Below, piece after piece: positions 62,616-64,000 of a DNA stretch of 64,000 bases. The position numbers and the translations under genes were made by a program. Position 1 is the stretch's first letter. The number at the start of each line of letters is the position of its first letter. A model generated the notes under the pieces. It was not told where the DNA came from. It was given only the letters and a program-made list of their open reading frames with translations, and ran no database searches. Source of the DNA: Nemertoderma westbladi (Eukaryota; Animalia; Xenacoelomorpha). The DNA is taken from contig JAUCBJ010004507.1 of the NCBI GenBank assembly GCA_032718475.1, positions 1 through 64,000 of the forward strand, read 5' to 3'.

Positions 62616-62986
62616 TTCGCATCTATTTGAGTTTGAAATTAAATGTATTTGCGGGTTTGGAATCCTCCAAGATCCCCTATACTAAGGTGGTCTTGGACTG
62701 GTCTTGGGGGTCTCCTACTCTAAGGACAAAGAATATCTGTTGAGCAAAAGTTTGTATAGAAAACTTATAATGTTAAAATATAAATGTTGACCCATGTTAT
62801 AGAAATTAATAGGCTCATGCTATATTGATCTGTTGAAGCAAATTTAATTCGTGGGGAATTATGATTTTGTCCCGTGGATTGTCGCTGTGACATGAACTGC
62901 CACTGTAGATATTCCCGGCATGTTAAAGTTTGTAGAGGTTTGTTTGAGAGTTTGTAAAATTCCTAAAAATCGTTTACACACACACA

Positions 62987-63214
62987 GGTACGCAGCAATC
63001 TACGCCCTCACAATGTGCAACTATCGCCCGGCGGAAACCTTCGCCCACACGCAATCTTCGCCCGCGAGCAACCTTCGCCAAATAAACAATTATTGTTTTG
63101 GTTAGAAACAGCCGCCTCTGTAACCCGGGCGATGTTTCCCCCGGGCGAAGGTTGTACGCGGGCGAAGATTGGACGCGGGCGAAGGTTGTACGCGGGCGAA
63201 GATTGCACCCGACC
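62987..63214. mobile_element. Small foldback MITE (MULE-like) with 18-bp subterminal repeats
   Basis: Left end GGTACGCAGCAATCTACGCCC versus reverse complement of the right end GGTCGGGTGCAATCTTCGCCC. Internal CAA(C/T)CTTCGCCC repeats are inverted. Flanked by CACACACACA on both sides (9-10-bp TSD). Confidence 0.8.
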
Positions 63215-64000
63215 CACACACACAGCTAGTTTTAGTTTGGTTGAGGTATACTAATGACAGGCATCACTACAACAGTTGCGTCACTACAACATTAATTACA
63301 ATTTTTTGGTACCCTTACTGTTGTACATATGGTTGATTCGGACCAGAAGGTTGGTAATTTGAATTTTATAATTTCGATAATTTGTATTCATGTCAAAGTG
63401 TAGCAATTTTCAATTAATTTAAACAAATTCGAGTATATATTTGTTTTAAATTAAACATATTCGAATATTCTTGTATATATATTTAGTGATTTAAAATTCA
63501 CACGGTAGAACTCGTAGAGCACACCAAATTAAGTATATAAACCTAAAAACTACAGTAGGCCCTATATCAAATAATTAAGGGGGGGGGGGTATACCCCCCC
63601 ATGAACCTGTTTTTAAAATGGCTGTCAATTAGTGTTAAATGATAATATTGCTAATTTTTGTCATTGTCAACCACTGTATGGAAGGCCAAATAGCCTTTAT
63701 AGTAAAATTTGAAAATTTATAGCCTCCCCCTAGCGGCTGGCGGCGGAATTAAAGATTTCACTAAAATTGCTACTAGTCCCTCAATTTCGGTCCAAATTTC
63801 TTGAAACCAACTTTTTTGGACTCAGCGTGATCGACTCTACAAAAGTTATCTTATAGAATTTTTAATTAGCCATTTTTATTTTAATTAATTAATTTAGCCC
63901 AGTAGGACAGGCCCGATAAGCATAGCCTATTCATTATTTAGTTGATCAAGAGTGGGTTGGTTTAACCCCGTCAACTAAATAAGTCATTGAGGTCTTTAAA

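Overview
Repeat-rich animal (probably invertebrate) nuclear DNA. No prokaryotic features or CRISPR array were found. Host genes: three intronless, co-oriented (minus-strand) paralogous rhodopsin-class aminergic-like GPCRs (17.8, 32.0 and 57.5 kb) and one intronless coiled-coil plus beta-propeller ORF (12.2 kb). Most of the rest is nested mobile DNA and satellites. A 9-bp-TSD foldback/MULE-like element (615-12011) has 53-bp-repeat arms hit by two related LINEs; one of these is itself interrupted by an unrelated LINE whose ORF1 carries a Ulp1/SUMO-protease motif. Also present: Helentron/DINE-like elements, tRNA-derived repeats, Penelope and RTE relics, a hAT-like element whose right end plus TSD has been amplified into a 46-bp satellite, and large 51-, 26-, 23- and 52-bp tandem arrays. 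The most striking observation is a ~100-nt Pol III-type unit on the minus strand (38525-38627): a tRNA-like scaffold (A box, B box, T6 terminator) in which a complete minimal type I hammerhead ribozyme core occupies the position of the anticodon arm. All calls were made by eye, with no database search.
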